Assembly: GCA_964348895.1 (NCBI GenBank)
Contig: CAYGEH010000001.1
Location: forward strand, 312,002-376,001
Direction of reading: 5' to 3'
DNA length: 64,000 nt
DNA from: an uncultured Gammaproteobacteria bacterium
Lineage (GTDB): Bacteria; Patescibacteriota; Microgenomatia; 0-14-0-10-38-17
Of this stretch, positions 18,195 to 28,077 are shown piece by piece. The position numbers were made by a program, and so were the translations under genes. Within the stretch, counting starts at the first letter, position 1; each line of letters begins with the position of its first letter. Under the pieces are notes generated by a model. That model saw only the letters and a list, made by a program, of their open reading frames with translations, was not told where the DNA came from and ran no database searches.

Positions 18195-19964
18195 TTAGGT
18201 TAGCTGTTTAATCTTACGGCCAATTTCGTCAACCTGACTGGAAAGCTCTTCTACCTCTTTTTCTTGACCGGCTTCTTCGGCCTGACGAACTTGAGCCGAC
18301 AATTTACTTTTTCTCTCTTCTAGGTCAATTAGCCTTAATTCTTGCTTAACTTGATTAATTTCTTTTTCTTGAAATTGAGGATCGGCCAATTTCTCGGGAA
18401 GAGGATAAGTAAAAAAATTATTAAAAATTGATAATAATTCTTCGGGTAAGTCGCTAGCAAATTTCTGACTATCAAAGTGTTTATTGTTAGCTAAATATTT
18501 TTCCAAAAGATCAATTATCCTTTCTAGGCCGGGGTTAGCAACTAGACTCTTTATTTCTAGATCAATTAAGTCTTGGTGTCTTTTTTCTTGAAAACAAAGA
18601 GTAAAAAGATAGTCTAGTAACACTTGCCGACGATTTTTTCGCGGCTGTTGAAGAGGGGGCTGATAGCGGCCTCGTCCCTCATCAGAGGAAGAACCAGAGC
18701 GCCGAAGCCTTTCCCAAATTGCCTCCTGATTAACTTTTAATTTATTTGTTAACACTCCAACATAGTGGGACTGCAAAATTTCATCTTCAATACCAGCCAA
18801 AATCTGAGCGACTTCATCAACCGCTTTCTTTTTCCCCCAAGCGGTATTAGTGTCAAACCTCTCTAGGGCTGACTGAAGATAAAAATCAAAAATTGATCGA
18901 GCTTCTTTAATTTGCTTTTTCAAATAATTCGAGTCTGTCCTGGCAGCCTCATCGGGATCTTTAAACTTTCCCAAGTCAACTACTTTAACATTTAAGCCTT
19001 CATTAACAGCTAGTTGAATTCCCCGCCTAGCCGCGGCATCACCAGCACTATCAGCATCTAGGGCTAAAACTAATTCTTCTACATAGCGAGAAAGTAGGCG
19101 AATTTGTTCTTCTGTTAGAGCACTTCCCTTGATGGCAACAATGTTTTTTATTCCAGCCTGATAAGGAGAAATCATATCAAACTCACCTTCCACTATCACC
19201 ACCTGCTTGGTTTTTCTTAAAAACTCTTTGACCTTATTAAACCCAAAAAGAAGTTGGCTTTTGTGATAAATTGCTGTTTCTGGAGTATTGATATATTTTC
19301 CAACATCATCTTGGGGAATAATTATTCTCCCTGAAAAGCCAACAATATTATCTCGATGATCATAAAGAGGAAACATAATTCGGCCCCGAAAACGGTCGGT
19401 TAGTTTGCCTCGCTGATTTTTAAATACTAGCCCTGAAGCCTCCACTTCCTCAAAAGAAAAACCCTTTTTTTCTACTAGGAATTTAGCCAAAAACTCATAG
19501 CGATTAGGGGCATAGCCCAAGCTGAATTCAGCTATCATTTCCTGACTAATTCCCCGATTAGCTAAATAATCTCGAGCCATTTTGCCCGCCCGATGTTCGG
19601 TTAATAAAAAATGATAGGCCTCGGCGGCTAAATGATTAATTTCATAAAGCCGACGTCTTTTTGTCTCCTCGGAGTTGGGTTGATAGGATTTTAATTTTAC
19701 CCCCACTCGATCGGCTAAAAATCTTAACGCTTCGCCAAAATCCATTTTTTCATATTCCATTAAAAACTTATAAGCATTTCCGCCAATGCCACAGCCAAAA
19801 CATTTGAAAATTTGTCGTTCGGGAGAAACAATAAACGAGGGGGTTTTCTCTGAATGGAAAGGACAGTTAGTCCTAAAATTACGACCAGTTTTTTTTAGGG
19901 CTGATCGTTCATTAATCAGCTCAACAATATCAACCTTTGACAACACTTCTTCAACTTGATCCAT
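18195..19964 (-). CDS. dnaG: DNA primase DnaG
   Basis: CHC2 zinc finger CPFHSEKTPSF...KCFGCG, TOPRIM region (VIVEGEFD, LALDADSAGD); immediately upstream of rpoD as in the conserved dnaG-rpoD operon. Confidence 0.95.
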   Translation of the reverse strand: MDQVEEVLSKVDIVELINERSALKKTGRNFRTNCPFHSEKTPSFIVSPERQIFKCFGCGIGGNAYKFLMEYEKMDFGEALRFLADRVGVKLKSYQPNSEETKRRRLYEINHLAAEAYHFLLTEHRAGKMARDYLANRGISQEMIAEFSLGYAPNRYEFLAKFLVEKKGFSFEEVEASGLVFKNQRGKLTDRFRGRIMFPLYDHRDNIVGFSGRIIIPQDDVGKYINTPETAIYHKSQLLFGFNKVKEFLRKTKQVVIVEGEFDMISPYQAGIKNIVAIKGSALTEEQIRLLSRYVEELVLALDADSAGDAAARRGIQLAVNEGLNVKVVDLGKFKDPDEAARTDSNYLKKQIKEARSIFDFYLQSALERFDTNTAWGKKKAVDEVAQILAGIEDEILQSHYVGVLTNKLKVNQEAIWERLRRSGSSSDEGRGRYQPPLQQPRKNRRQVLLDYLFTLCFQEKRHQDLIDLEIKSLVANPGLERIIDLLEKYLANNKHFDSQKFASDLPEELLSIFNNFFTYPLPEKLADPQFQEKEINQVKQELRLIDLEERKSKLSAQVRQAEEAGQEKEVEELSSQVDEIGRKIKQLT

Positions 19965-20004
19965 CTTCCTGTAATTATATCAACTCTAAGAGGCCAAAAT
20001 GACA

Positions 20005-21165
20005 TCAACCAACAATATAAAGCTCTTCTTCCGCCCTGGTAACGGCGGTATAAAGCCAGCGACGCCAGTCATCATCGCTTGATCTGGAAAAGCGCTCTTC
20101 AAAAAGAACTACTTTTTTACTTTGAGCTCCTTGGGCTTTATGGACTGTCAAGGCATAACCAAAATCAAATAAATTTCCCTCCTTAGTCCGACTTCTTTCT
20201 TGAGTAAAGTTAAGACCGTCTTTATGATTAAATTGATCAACGGCAATTAATCCCCCTTGAAGGTTGTTTTCTTCATCCATGTTGATTTCAGCAAAATACC
20301 AGTCTTTGTTTTTCTTTTTAATAAAGTTAATTGTTCCTAGCATTCCATTGTAAATTCCCGCTTGATGATTATTTCTTAGACAAATTACCCGATCACCAGA
20401 CTGGGGGAGAGAAGAGTCAAAACCTAAGTTTTTTCTAATCTGAGTGTTCAGTCTCACTCGGGTATGGTTATAACCACACAGAATAAGAGTGCTCGGCTGA
20501 TAATTTGCTAACCATTCCGAAACCCTCTCTGCGGTTTCGGGGTTATTTTTTTCGACTTTAAGCACTTGGGGGCTAAATTCAAGAGCAGGAATAACGCCAT
20601 ATTTTCGAGCAACAGTGGCCACTTTTATAATCGGATTGTCTTGGGCTTGACGATGAATATTTTCTAATCTTAAATCGGGCTGATTCATTAGATTGAATTG
20701 ACCTCGAATTGGAGGGAGTTGACCGTGATCGCCGACAGCGATAATGGGAATGCCATAAAAAAGCAAGTCCTGCCAAACTTCCTCGTCCACCATTGAAGCC
20801 TCATCAACAATAATTAAATCAAACTCTATAGCCGTTCGTCTTTTCCAGCCCATAATTTCTCCTTTTGGGCCGATTATCGGCGAATAAATTAAAGAATGAA
20901 TCGTACCGACAAAATCTTGACTAAGCAAAGATTGCTGCTGTTTAATTTTCTGTTTTAAAACTCGAGCCGCTCGACCAGTAAAGCTAACGAAAGCCACTCT
21001 TAACCCTGGCTCGTCTTCGTAAAGCTTTTTTCTCAACACTCCGATTAGGGTGCTTTTGCCGGTTCCAGCATATCCTCCAAAAGTAATAAAACCACCCTGG
21101 GGATTTCTTTGCCAAGACAGCAATTTCGCTAAAGCTTTTTTCTGATCCAAAGAGAGACTAAGCAT
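20005..21165 (-). CDS. RecD/PIF1-family SF1 DNA helicase
   Basis: Walker A GYAGTGKST, Walker B LIIVDEASMV, C-terminal LTVHKAQG motif typical of RecD-like helicases. Confidence 0.75.
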   Translation of the reverse strand: MLSLSLDQKKALAKLLSWQRNPQGGFITFGGYAGTGKSTLIGVLRKKLYEDEPGLRVAFVSFTGRAARVLKQKIKQQQSLLSQDFVGTIHSLIYSPIIGPKGEIMGWKRRTAIEFDLIIVDEASMVDEEVWQDLLFYGIPIIAVGDHGQLPPIRGQFNLMNQPDLRLENIHRQAQDNPIIKVATVARKYGVIPALEFSPQVLKVEKNNPETAERVSEWLANYQPSTLILCGYNHTRVRLNTQIRKNLGFDSSLPQSGDRVICLRNNHQAGIYNGMLGTINFIKKKNKDWYFAEINMDEENNLQGGLIAVDQFNHKDGLNFTQERSRTKEGNLFDFGYALTVHKAQGAQSKKVVLFEERFSRSSDDDWRRWLYTAVTRAEEELYIVG

Positions 21166-21479
21166 TGCTTTTATTTTATCTCTTTTCCTTGTTTAGAGGA
21201 AATGAAAAGCCTATCTTTAGACAATCAAGCTTTGTTTTTCGCTTTATAATAAAACACTTCTCGATCCTTTCTTAGTTTAAAAAATTAGCTGTTTTCTAAA
21301 GGAATCTCTTTTTTATGAACAAGTTTTTTGTTCTTGAAGTTTTCGCTTAATTCAAGAAAAATAAAACGAAGAAAAGACGAAGCTTAAAAAAACCAAGGAC
21401 GGACGGGAAACAGACTCTATTTTTTACCTAATTTAAGGTAAACAAAGAGAGTCTGTCTCCCAAAAGGACTCACGTTCCT

Positions 21480-22010
21480 CTAGCTTGAATTCTCTTCTCT
21501 TCCTATTCCAGCCAGGGTTCGGCAACCAACCCAAATAGCTGATAGGAAAAACGCCCCACCGATTATGACAAAATATTCAGACAACGTCAGAAACATTGTC
21601 TGAATCAGCACCGAGAGCGGATTGGGGTTTTGGATAAAACTACCCCAAATGTTGGTGGCGATGTCATAAATGAACATCAACACGAAAAAGATTCGCGCTC
21701 CCAGCAGTGTTTTTTCGTTCAAGATCGGCAAGAGAACCCTGTACTTGGTCTCGTTTCGAATAGCTTCCTCCACTTCTTTGAAGTCCAAGAATAACAAGCC
21801 CGCGACCACCTCGGATACTGAACTCAAGATTGACAGCCCTAAGACTGTCTCGTATGGCAAGCCAATCAGCTGCAGTGGAATTATACTCAAGTTAATGTCC
21901 TCGAGTACCCACCGGACTCCAATGGAAACCATGAAGAAACCAGATAGAACACAAGATAGAAAGAACACCAACGCCAAGCAATACAAAAACGCTCTTCCAA
22001 ATGAGACCAC
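21480..22010 (-). CDS. hypothetical polytopic membrane protein
   Basis: 176 aa, 4-5 hydrophobic helices; no homology recognised. Confidence 0.45.
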   Translation of the reverse strand: MVSFGRAFLYCLALVFFLSCVLSGFFMVSIGVRWVLEDINLSIIPLQLIGLPYETVLGLSILSSVSEVVAGLLFLDFKEVEEAIRNETKYRVLLPILNEKTLLGARIFFVLMFIYDIATNIWGSFIQNPNPLSVLIQTMFLTLSEYFVIIGGAFFLSAIWVGCRTLAGIGREENSS

Positions 22011-22362
22011 TTTGCTCCTTTCCTAGAGAAACAGATTGTCAAAACCCTTTCGCGCTGTTGCGAAAATTAAACCAAATTATACCTTATAGTCCTATATTAT
22101 TCAATAATAGGTTCTTTTTTTCTCAATATTCATAAAAAATATCCTTATAGATAACCTATTTGCCCTTTTGTTGCTAATTTTACCGATGTTATTTTTAGCC
22201 TTAAATAATATTAAACAACCAAGCGTTAAGGCTAAAATAATAAAAAGTCTCTTCCTGCTTAACAGCTTTTTCTAAAGGAAATCTGAGCATTTTTACCGAC
22301 AATTCAATTTTTAAGTTTTAATTGTCGCTTTTGATTTGGCGAAGAAAATAAGCTTGTCTTTT

Positions 22363-22980
22363 TTAGCGAATAAAATTAGTAAAGACTCTTTTTTCTGTCT
22401 TGGGCAAACCATACTGCTCTTTACCAAGAGTTATGCTTTTAATAAGAAAAGCCATGTTTCTCCCTAAGACACGCATTGTTTGTAGCCCCTCTTCGTCTTT
22501 TCTTACATCATCAGGCGTATACCCATGCACGCTGTTCCAATATTGACTAGACACAATTGGCATGCCCGAAATGGCAAAATACTTGTTCAACATATCAAAG
22601 GTTGCTGAACAACCCCCTCTTCGTGCCGACACAACCGCCGCACCGACTTTCATTGTTTTATTACAATTAACGCTGTAAAAAAGTCGATCAACAAACGACA
22701 CCACAGTGCCGTTGGCCGACGCAAAATATACTGGTGAGCCAATAACAATGCCGTCACAATCAGTAAACTTTGGTGCTATTTCGTTAACTAGGTCATCAAA
22801 AACACACTTTCCCGTTTGCTTACATTTGCGACATCCAATACAACCTCGAATATTTTTATTGCCCACTTGAATAATTTCAGTGGTAATATCATTTTCGTTT
22901 AAGGCTTCTGCCACTTCACTTAGGGCTGTAAATGTACACCCTTTTTCGTTTGGGCTGCCGTTAATCAACAATACTTTCAT
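22363..22980 (-). CDS. iron-sulfur flavoprotein / NADPH-dependent FMN reductase family (flavodoxin-like fold)
   Basis: MKVLLINGSP N-terminus, compact Cys cluster CIGCRKCKQTGKC, GSPVYF motif. Confidence 0.65.
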   Translation of the reverse strand: MKVLLINGSPNEKGCTFTALSEVAEALNENDITTEIIQVGNKNIRGCIGCRKCKQTGKCVFDDLVNEIAPKFTDCDGIVIGSPVYFASANGTVVSFVDRLFYSVNCNKTMKVGAAVVSARRGGCSATFDMLNKYFAISGMPIVSSQYWNSVHGYTPDDVRKDEEGLQTMRVLGRNMAFLIKSITLGKEQYGLPKTEKRVFTNFIR

Positions 22981-23384
22981 TTTGGTTTTCTTTTCTCTTG
23001 GGTTTGAAAAAAATCTTTTTTTGCTATAAAGCTATTTAGCTTAAATCGTCATCATCAACATTAAAGTGTGTTAGCAGTTTTAATCAAAGTTTATCTTGTT
23101 GGGCTTTGATTAGTTTCTTTTTTTAATCTTAACATATGGTGTTAATTTCTAAATCGACGAGGCAACATTTTTCAGTTTCGTTGAATATAAAAACCAACAA
23201 AGTGCTTTTGAACAGCATTAAAAATATTATACAGAGCTATCCGGACTATATCTATTGGTTTACTACAATCAAGCTTCCTCTTGGGTGTGTTTTTAATGTC
23301 TTCGCCAGTTAACATTCTCAAGCCAATCAAGTACAATTAAAATATAACGCTTAACATAAAAAAAATTTTACAGGATAGAAACCT

Positions 23385-24113
23385 ATGGAAGCAGGACCAG
23401 AAGAATTTGTTAAACAAATAGAAAAATCGGCGGAAGATCGACTTACAAAATCAAGTCCTGGTATAACTTTTGTCCTCCAGGAGCAAGGAGGTGTCAAAAT
23501 AGCAGAAAATGACTACTTGGAACTATCATCCGAAAAACAGGCTCAAATAACAAGCTTGATTGGTATTACTGAACTGGCATCACAACTTCGTCATTCTTTG
23601 TTTGAACAAGCTTCGCTTGGTAGCATGACGGATGCGTCCAGGTCTGCTCCAGAATTAAGCGTAATATCTAACCAAGATGAATTTGTCCGAGAACTGTTAG
23701 GGAAAAACCCTAAATTGATTGATAAGTTGGCCGAAATAACAGCTAAAGCACGGATCTTTACGAGCATTTTAGATCAGCAAACAGGAGAAGCGACAAGAGT
23801 AATTGGCGTTAAGGTTAAGTCTTGGGAACACACAATAGGCGGAATCGCACGATCTTTATGTAGCAATAAAGCTGAAGAAGCTAATTATTTGCGCCTCGTT
23901 GAAAATAATATTACAAAATTAAACAATCCGTCTCAAAGAACAACTAAAGGGGCTGATGGGCAACCAACAACAGCTCGAGTCGAGAGTTACACATCGCGAC
24001 TAAATAAGTTAATTCAAAATCCCAGAGCAATAGGGTTTATCTCCTCATCTATGGGTCCTCAACAAGGGGAAGCACTTGCCGACAATATAATTAGAAACCG
24101 CCTTTACTCTTAA
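23385..24113 (+). CDS. hypothetical protein (242 aa), first gene of 2-gene operon
   Basis: ORF ends 4 nt before the next ATG; no homology recognised. Confidence 0.5.
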   Translation: MEAGPEEFVKQIEKSAEDRLTKSSPGITFVLQEQGGVKIAENDYLELSSEKQAQITSLIGITELASQLRHSLFEQASLGSMTDASRSAPELSVISNQDEFVRELLGKNPKLIDKLAEITAKARIFTSILDQQTGEATRVIGVKVKSWEHTIGGIARSLCSNKAEEANYLRLVENNITKLNNPSQRTTKGADGQPTTARVESYTSRLNKLIQNPRAIGFISSSMGPQQGEALADNIIRNRLYS

Positions 24114-24117
24114 TGCT

Positions 24118-26925
24118 GTGCGAGTTCTAGATAGAATACAGCGACCGCTTGGCTTCAACGGTAAATTTAGAAAACTTACTTCATGTCTAAAAGGACGCGA
24201 AGCGGATCCTGTCTACATACAGATTATAGAAAGCAACGGCCTTGTTGAAGTTTTCGTTCGGCTTAGAGATGAAATTGAACAGGTTCACGGTTCGCCTTTA
24301 GATAGTGATGAAACAAAGCAGAAAATCCAAAAGCTTAACGATAATTTTAGAGAACACTGTCGTCCAATCATCGAGAGATCTTTTGTAAAAGAAACAGATA
24401 ATGATGAGGTTATAAACCTTGTGGCCACCAAAAATAAAATTGTCGATATAAATAGACGGGCTAACGAAATAAATTCGTCAAATTTGGGTGAAGACGAAAA
24501 AAGACAGCGACTGGTTGACCTAGATAGAGAAATGCAGTCATTACTAATTCCCATCGCCAACAAAATAGATCGAATTTTCCCCCATGAAAGCTCCACCAAT
24601 CTTATAAGAGTGTTAGAAAGAGAAGATGCTGTTTGTGCCGGTAAAGTAAATGTTCTCCTTGCCATTTCTAAGTATTTAGGCATTAACGCCCGAACCAGTG
24701 TGGTAAAAGAAATTCTAGACAACAGCACAGCAGGACATGTTTGCTACGAATGTGATCTTCCTAGTGGAACGAAACTGGTCGTCGATGCCAACTTTGGTAA
24801 TAATTATGGCTCCGAAGAGAGAACAGATGACCAATTAATAACCCAGATAACAAGAAATAATCCTGGAATTAGCGATACGGAGATTGAGTCCTCATTAAAG
24901 TACGCTCACTTAGCAATAGCTAATGCCCGATTTATTTCTCCCGATTCTAGAGTGTTGATATACACAACTGAAAACACGGGGAAAATTGTTGCAAACGAAG
25001 ACCAGTTGCAAGAGGTAAGAAATAATCCTAATTTATTAATTAGAATTAACCCATATACTGGCCAAAAGGAAGTCTGGAAAGCAAGCGTTCCCTACCCACA
25101 CTTGATTACTTTTCCAGATAAGGATGGGTATTTATGTATCAATTCATCCTTTGCTTTCAATAATGCAAATTTAATACCAATGGGCTATAGGGAAGTTGGA
25201 ATATATCTGTTCAGAAAATGTATAGAAATGAACCCTTATAGTACTCGTGCGTATACTGGCTTAGCGAGTTTGCTTTCAGAAGAAGAGAGGGTTGCTTTTT
25301 TTGAAAAGATTAGGGAGACACAATCTGTTTTGTATTGGGAGGGGATAAGCACTGACCACGCATTATTGTCTGCGCATCAAGGTAACTTGGAGCTAGCTAC
25401 CCAATTATTTGAAGAAACAAGGGTTAAAAACCCGTCTGTCTATTACAAAGAAGTGTCCCGATTGTTTTATTTTTTTATAAGCGAAGCAAATAAAATGGCG
25501 GGCCAAGAAGCGACCAAGCTCAAAACAAAAGCAAAGGCTTTTATGGAGCTTGCCCGAACTGAAAACCCTTCGGCTTTCTACTCGAATAGATATAATGTTT
25601 CGGTAATGACTGGGATATATAGTGATCAAATAGATAAAAAGATCGAAATATACCAGCAATTTAAAGAAACACAAGAAACGGGATTTTGGAATACAGGCGA
25701 ACACTCTCCACCTTTCCAAAAACTAATGGAATTATATCTAGAACAAGCGGAGAAAAATCCTGCCTTAAGATTAAAAGCAATTGAACTTGCGAACGAAGTA
25801 AGGACACGAAACCCAAGACTCTATGCTAAAAGGGCTTACCTTTACGCCTCGCCTCTGTTTTTAGAAAACCAAGAAAATGATCCTAATCAAGTAGTGATTA
25901 TAATGGAGCTCGCCAAGAGTGGCTCTGAGATTTCGTTTTTTCAAACGGACGACAATGTTACTGGACTCGCAAGAGCTTATGAAGATCAGAATAATAGAGA
26001 TAAGGCCATAGCGTTGTTTGAAAGAGCAAGGATTGTCAATCCTAAATTATTTTGGAATGGTAAATACAAACCACTCTATGAAGACTTGGTTCATTTATAT
26101 GTAAAAGAGGGTCAACCAGAAAGGGCAATAGTAATATATCAAGAGGCAAAAGACAAAGACCCATTATTTTGGAGGGCCCCATATAGTGAAGGTTATTCTC
26201 GTCTTGCTTCCCTATATGCTGAAAATAAACAATTGACTGAAGCTATAGCCATATGCACCGAAGCCCAACTTAAAGATCCAAAATTTCTCAACCCTAGATA
26301 CTATAATTCTGGATATGCTCAGCTGGCCTCTTTATATGCCCAAAACGGACAAATGAATGAAGCTATCAAAACAATGCAACTTGGTCAAGAAACCGATGAA
26401 AACTATTGGACAGAGTCTTCCAGGGTTTTTAGATTAGTAAGTTATTATGAAAAAAACAATCAACTTAACGAGGCAGTTGCTGTCCTCGAGCAAGTAAGAG
26501 AAAGAGTCCCTAATTACTGGAGAACAGATTATTACATAATTTGTGATCTCTATCAAAAAAGTGGCAATACAGAAAAATCAATTCAAGTTCGCACTGAGCT
26601 AATCAAAATTTACGAAGCATTAAGAATATCTGATCAGAAGCTGTATTATCGCTTAGCCAAGAATTTGGCATATCTATATTTAGGCGAGGAACAAATCGAA
26701 AAAGCTATCCAAACATTAGAAGAGGGCAAGAAAAACTTTGCTTATTTCCATAATGAAGACATTATTGCTCTGGCCGAGCTCTATTTACGGGTCGGCAACA
26801 CAGAACAGGCAAAATTGACCTACCAAGATTTAATAGAGAAATACAAAAGGATTAGTACGCCAGAGATGATCCAATACGTTGTTGATAGGGCAAGGTCACA
26901 TGGGGTAGAAATTATAAACACTTAA
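24118..26925 (+). CDS. transglutaminase-like cysteine-protease-domain protein with long C-terminal TPR-like repeat region
   Basis: N-terminal AVCAGKVNVLLAISKYLGINARTSVV ... AGHVCYE ... KLVVDANF matches the C/H/D core of transglutaminase-like (TGc) domains; C-terminal 600 aa of ~34-aa helical repeats (YY/EA/KA periodicity). Confidence 0.6.
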   Translation: MRVLDRIQRPLGFNGKFRKLTSCLKGREADPVYIQIIESNGLVEVFVRLRDEIEQVHGSPLDSDETKQKIQKLNDNFREHCRPIIERSFVKETDNDEVINLVATKNKIVDINRRANEINSSNLGEDEKRQRLVDLDREMQSLLIPIANKIDRIFPHESSTNLIRVLEREDAVCAGKVNVLLAISKYLGINARTSVVKEILDNSTAGHVCYECDLPSGTKLVVDANFGNNYGSEERTDDQLITQITRNNPGISDTEIESSLKYAHLAIANARFISPDSRVLIYTTENTGKIVANEDQLQEVRNNPNLLIRINPYTGQKEVWKASVPYPHLITFPDKDGYLCINSSFAFNNANLIPMGYREVGIYLFRKCIEMNPYSTRAYTGLASLLSEEERVAFFEKIRETQSVLYWEGISTDHALLSAHQGNLELATQLFEETRVKNPSVYYKEVSRLFYFFISEANKMAGQEATKLKTKAKAFMELARTENPSAFYSNRYNVSVMTGIYSDQIDKKIEIYQQFKETQETGFWNTGEHSPPFQKLMELYLEQAEKNPALRLKAIELANEVRTRNPRLYAKRAYLYASPLFLENQENDPNQVVIIMELAKSGSEISFFQTDDNVTGLARAYEDQNNRDKAIALFERARIVNPKLFWNGKYKPLYEDLVHLYVKEGQPERAIVIYQEAKDKDPLFWRAPYSEGYSRLASLYAENKQLTEAIAICTEAQLKDPKFLNPRYYNSGYAQLASLYAQNGQMNEAIKTMQLGQETDENYWTESSRVFRLVSYYEKNNQLNEAVAVLEQVRERVPNYWRTDYYIICDLYQKSGNTEKSIQVRTELIKIYEALRISDQKLYYRLAKNLAYLYLGEEQIEKAIQTLEEGKKNFAYFHNEDIIALAELYLRVGNTEQAKLTYQDLIEKYKRISTPEMIQYVVDRARSHGVEIINT

Positions 26926-27089
26926 CCGCGCTTGTTGCCTTGTAAGCCACTTTTCTCTCCAATCTGGGGTTAGTTTATCGTCTTTGTTGTTCCAAACAGC
27001 TTGCTTATTCTTATTTTTGATTTTGCTTCTATGAAATTAAGCAACAAATCGACGAGGCGGTGTCTTTTGCTTTTGTTGAATATAGAACT

Positions 27090-27179
27090 TGGCGGAGGAG
27101 GTGGGATTCGAACCCACGTGAGCCATACGGCTCGCAAGGTTTTCGAGACCTGCTGATTAAACCGCTCTCACACTCCTCC
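27090..27179 (-). tRNA. tRNA-Ser (anticodon CGA), type II with long variable arm
   Basis: GGAGGAG acceptor, anticodon loop CTCGAAA, long variable arm, GGTTCGAATCC T-loop, CCA encoded. Confidence 0.85.
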
Positions 27180-27215
27180 ATCTTTTTAGAATTCCAAAAC
27201 ACCTAAGCTCTCTTT

Positions 27216-27292
27216 TGGCGTCCCCGGCGTGATTCGAACACGCGGCCTACAGTTCCGCAAACTGTCGCTCTATCCAACTGAGCTACGGGAAC
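27216..27292 (-). tRNA. tRNA-Arg (anticodon GCG read from sequence)
   Basis: GTTCCCG acceptor, D-arm GCTCAGTTGGATAGAGC, anticodon loop TTGCGGA, GTGTTCGAATCAC T-arm, CCA encoded; near-identical backbone to tRNA-Arg(CCG) at 37176. Confidence 0.75.
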
Positions 27293-27339
27293 AAGACAAG
27301 CTAATTATAGCAAAACGGGGCCAAAAAAAGAGATTTTTA

Positions 27340-27906
27340 TTAATTTTTCTTTTCGCCTGAAGCTTCTAGGGGGAAAGTTTTCGCCAACCAAGCAGTGCTT
27401 TTTTCGATAAAGCTTGGCTCTGGTTTGTGGTAAGGCAAGAAGTCTTCCATAATTTTTCTAACTTCTTTGCCGCCTTGCTCGCCTAAGAGCATAATTATTC
27501 TTTTGGGAAAATTAATCGTGGTGTTAACATTGAGAATTTTTTGTCCGTTTTCCTCTTCAATAAAAAAATAATTAAGCATATTCCAAGCATATTTTTGCTC
27601 GCCCCAAACCAAGCCTTGATTTGTAATTTTGTAAGTCGTGTTTTGAGGGGGCTTAGTCGAGAGAATGTAATAAAGAAAGATCAAAGCAAAAATAGTGGCA
27701 ATTAAAAAATATTCTTTAGCAAAAAATAAAATTATTGAAATTAAAAGAGCAATAGAAAGAACGGTAGTCCAAAAATCCTTATTTCGAGGCTTAAAGTTTC
27801 TTTCTGGAGCTTGCCAAGAAAGAAATGTTTTTATTCGATAAGAGGGAATTACCTCTTGCGGAAAAGGAGGAGGCTGGGTAATTTCTTCTCTTCTGTCTTC
27901 AACCAT
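27340..27906 (-). CDS. hypothetical membrane protein (188 aa)
   Basis: proline-rich N-terminus, two TM helices, no homology recognised. Confidence 0.5.
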   Translation of the reverse strand: MVEDRREEITQPPPFPQEVIPSYRIKTFLSWQAPERNFKPRNKDFWTTVLSIALLISIILFFAKEYFLIATIFALIFLYYILSTKPPQNTTYKITNQGLVWGEQKYAWNMLNYFFIEEENGQKILNVNTTINFPKRIIMLLGEQGGKEVRKIMEDFLPYHKPEPSFIEKSTAWLAKTFPLEASGEKKN

Positions 27907-27988
27907 TAGAATGATTGTATATCAGTTAACTTTTTAATTGCAAGTGTTAGGTTAAGTCTGCTGATTTTGGTATAATTTGAGAAGTCAA

Positions 27989-28077
27989 GGAGGAGTCGCT
28001 TAGAGGCCCATAGCACAGGTTTGCTAAACCTGCGAGCCGTATGGCTCACGTGGGTTCGAATCCCACCTCCTCCGCCA
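27989..28077 (+). tRNA. tRNA-Ser (anticodon GCT), type II
   Basis: GGAGGAG acceptor, anticodon loop TTGCTAA, long variable arm; 3' 45 nt identical to tRNA-Ser(CGA); 3' half overlapped by the recombinase ORF end. Confidence 0.85.
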
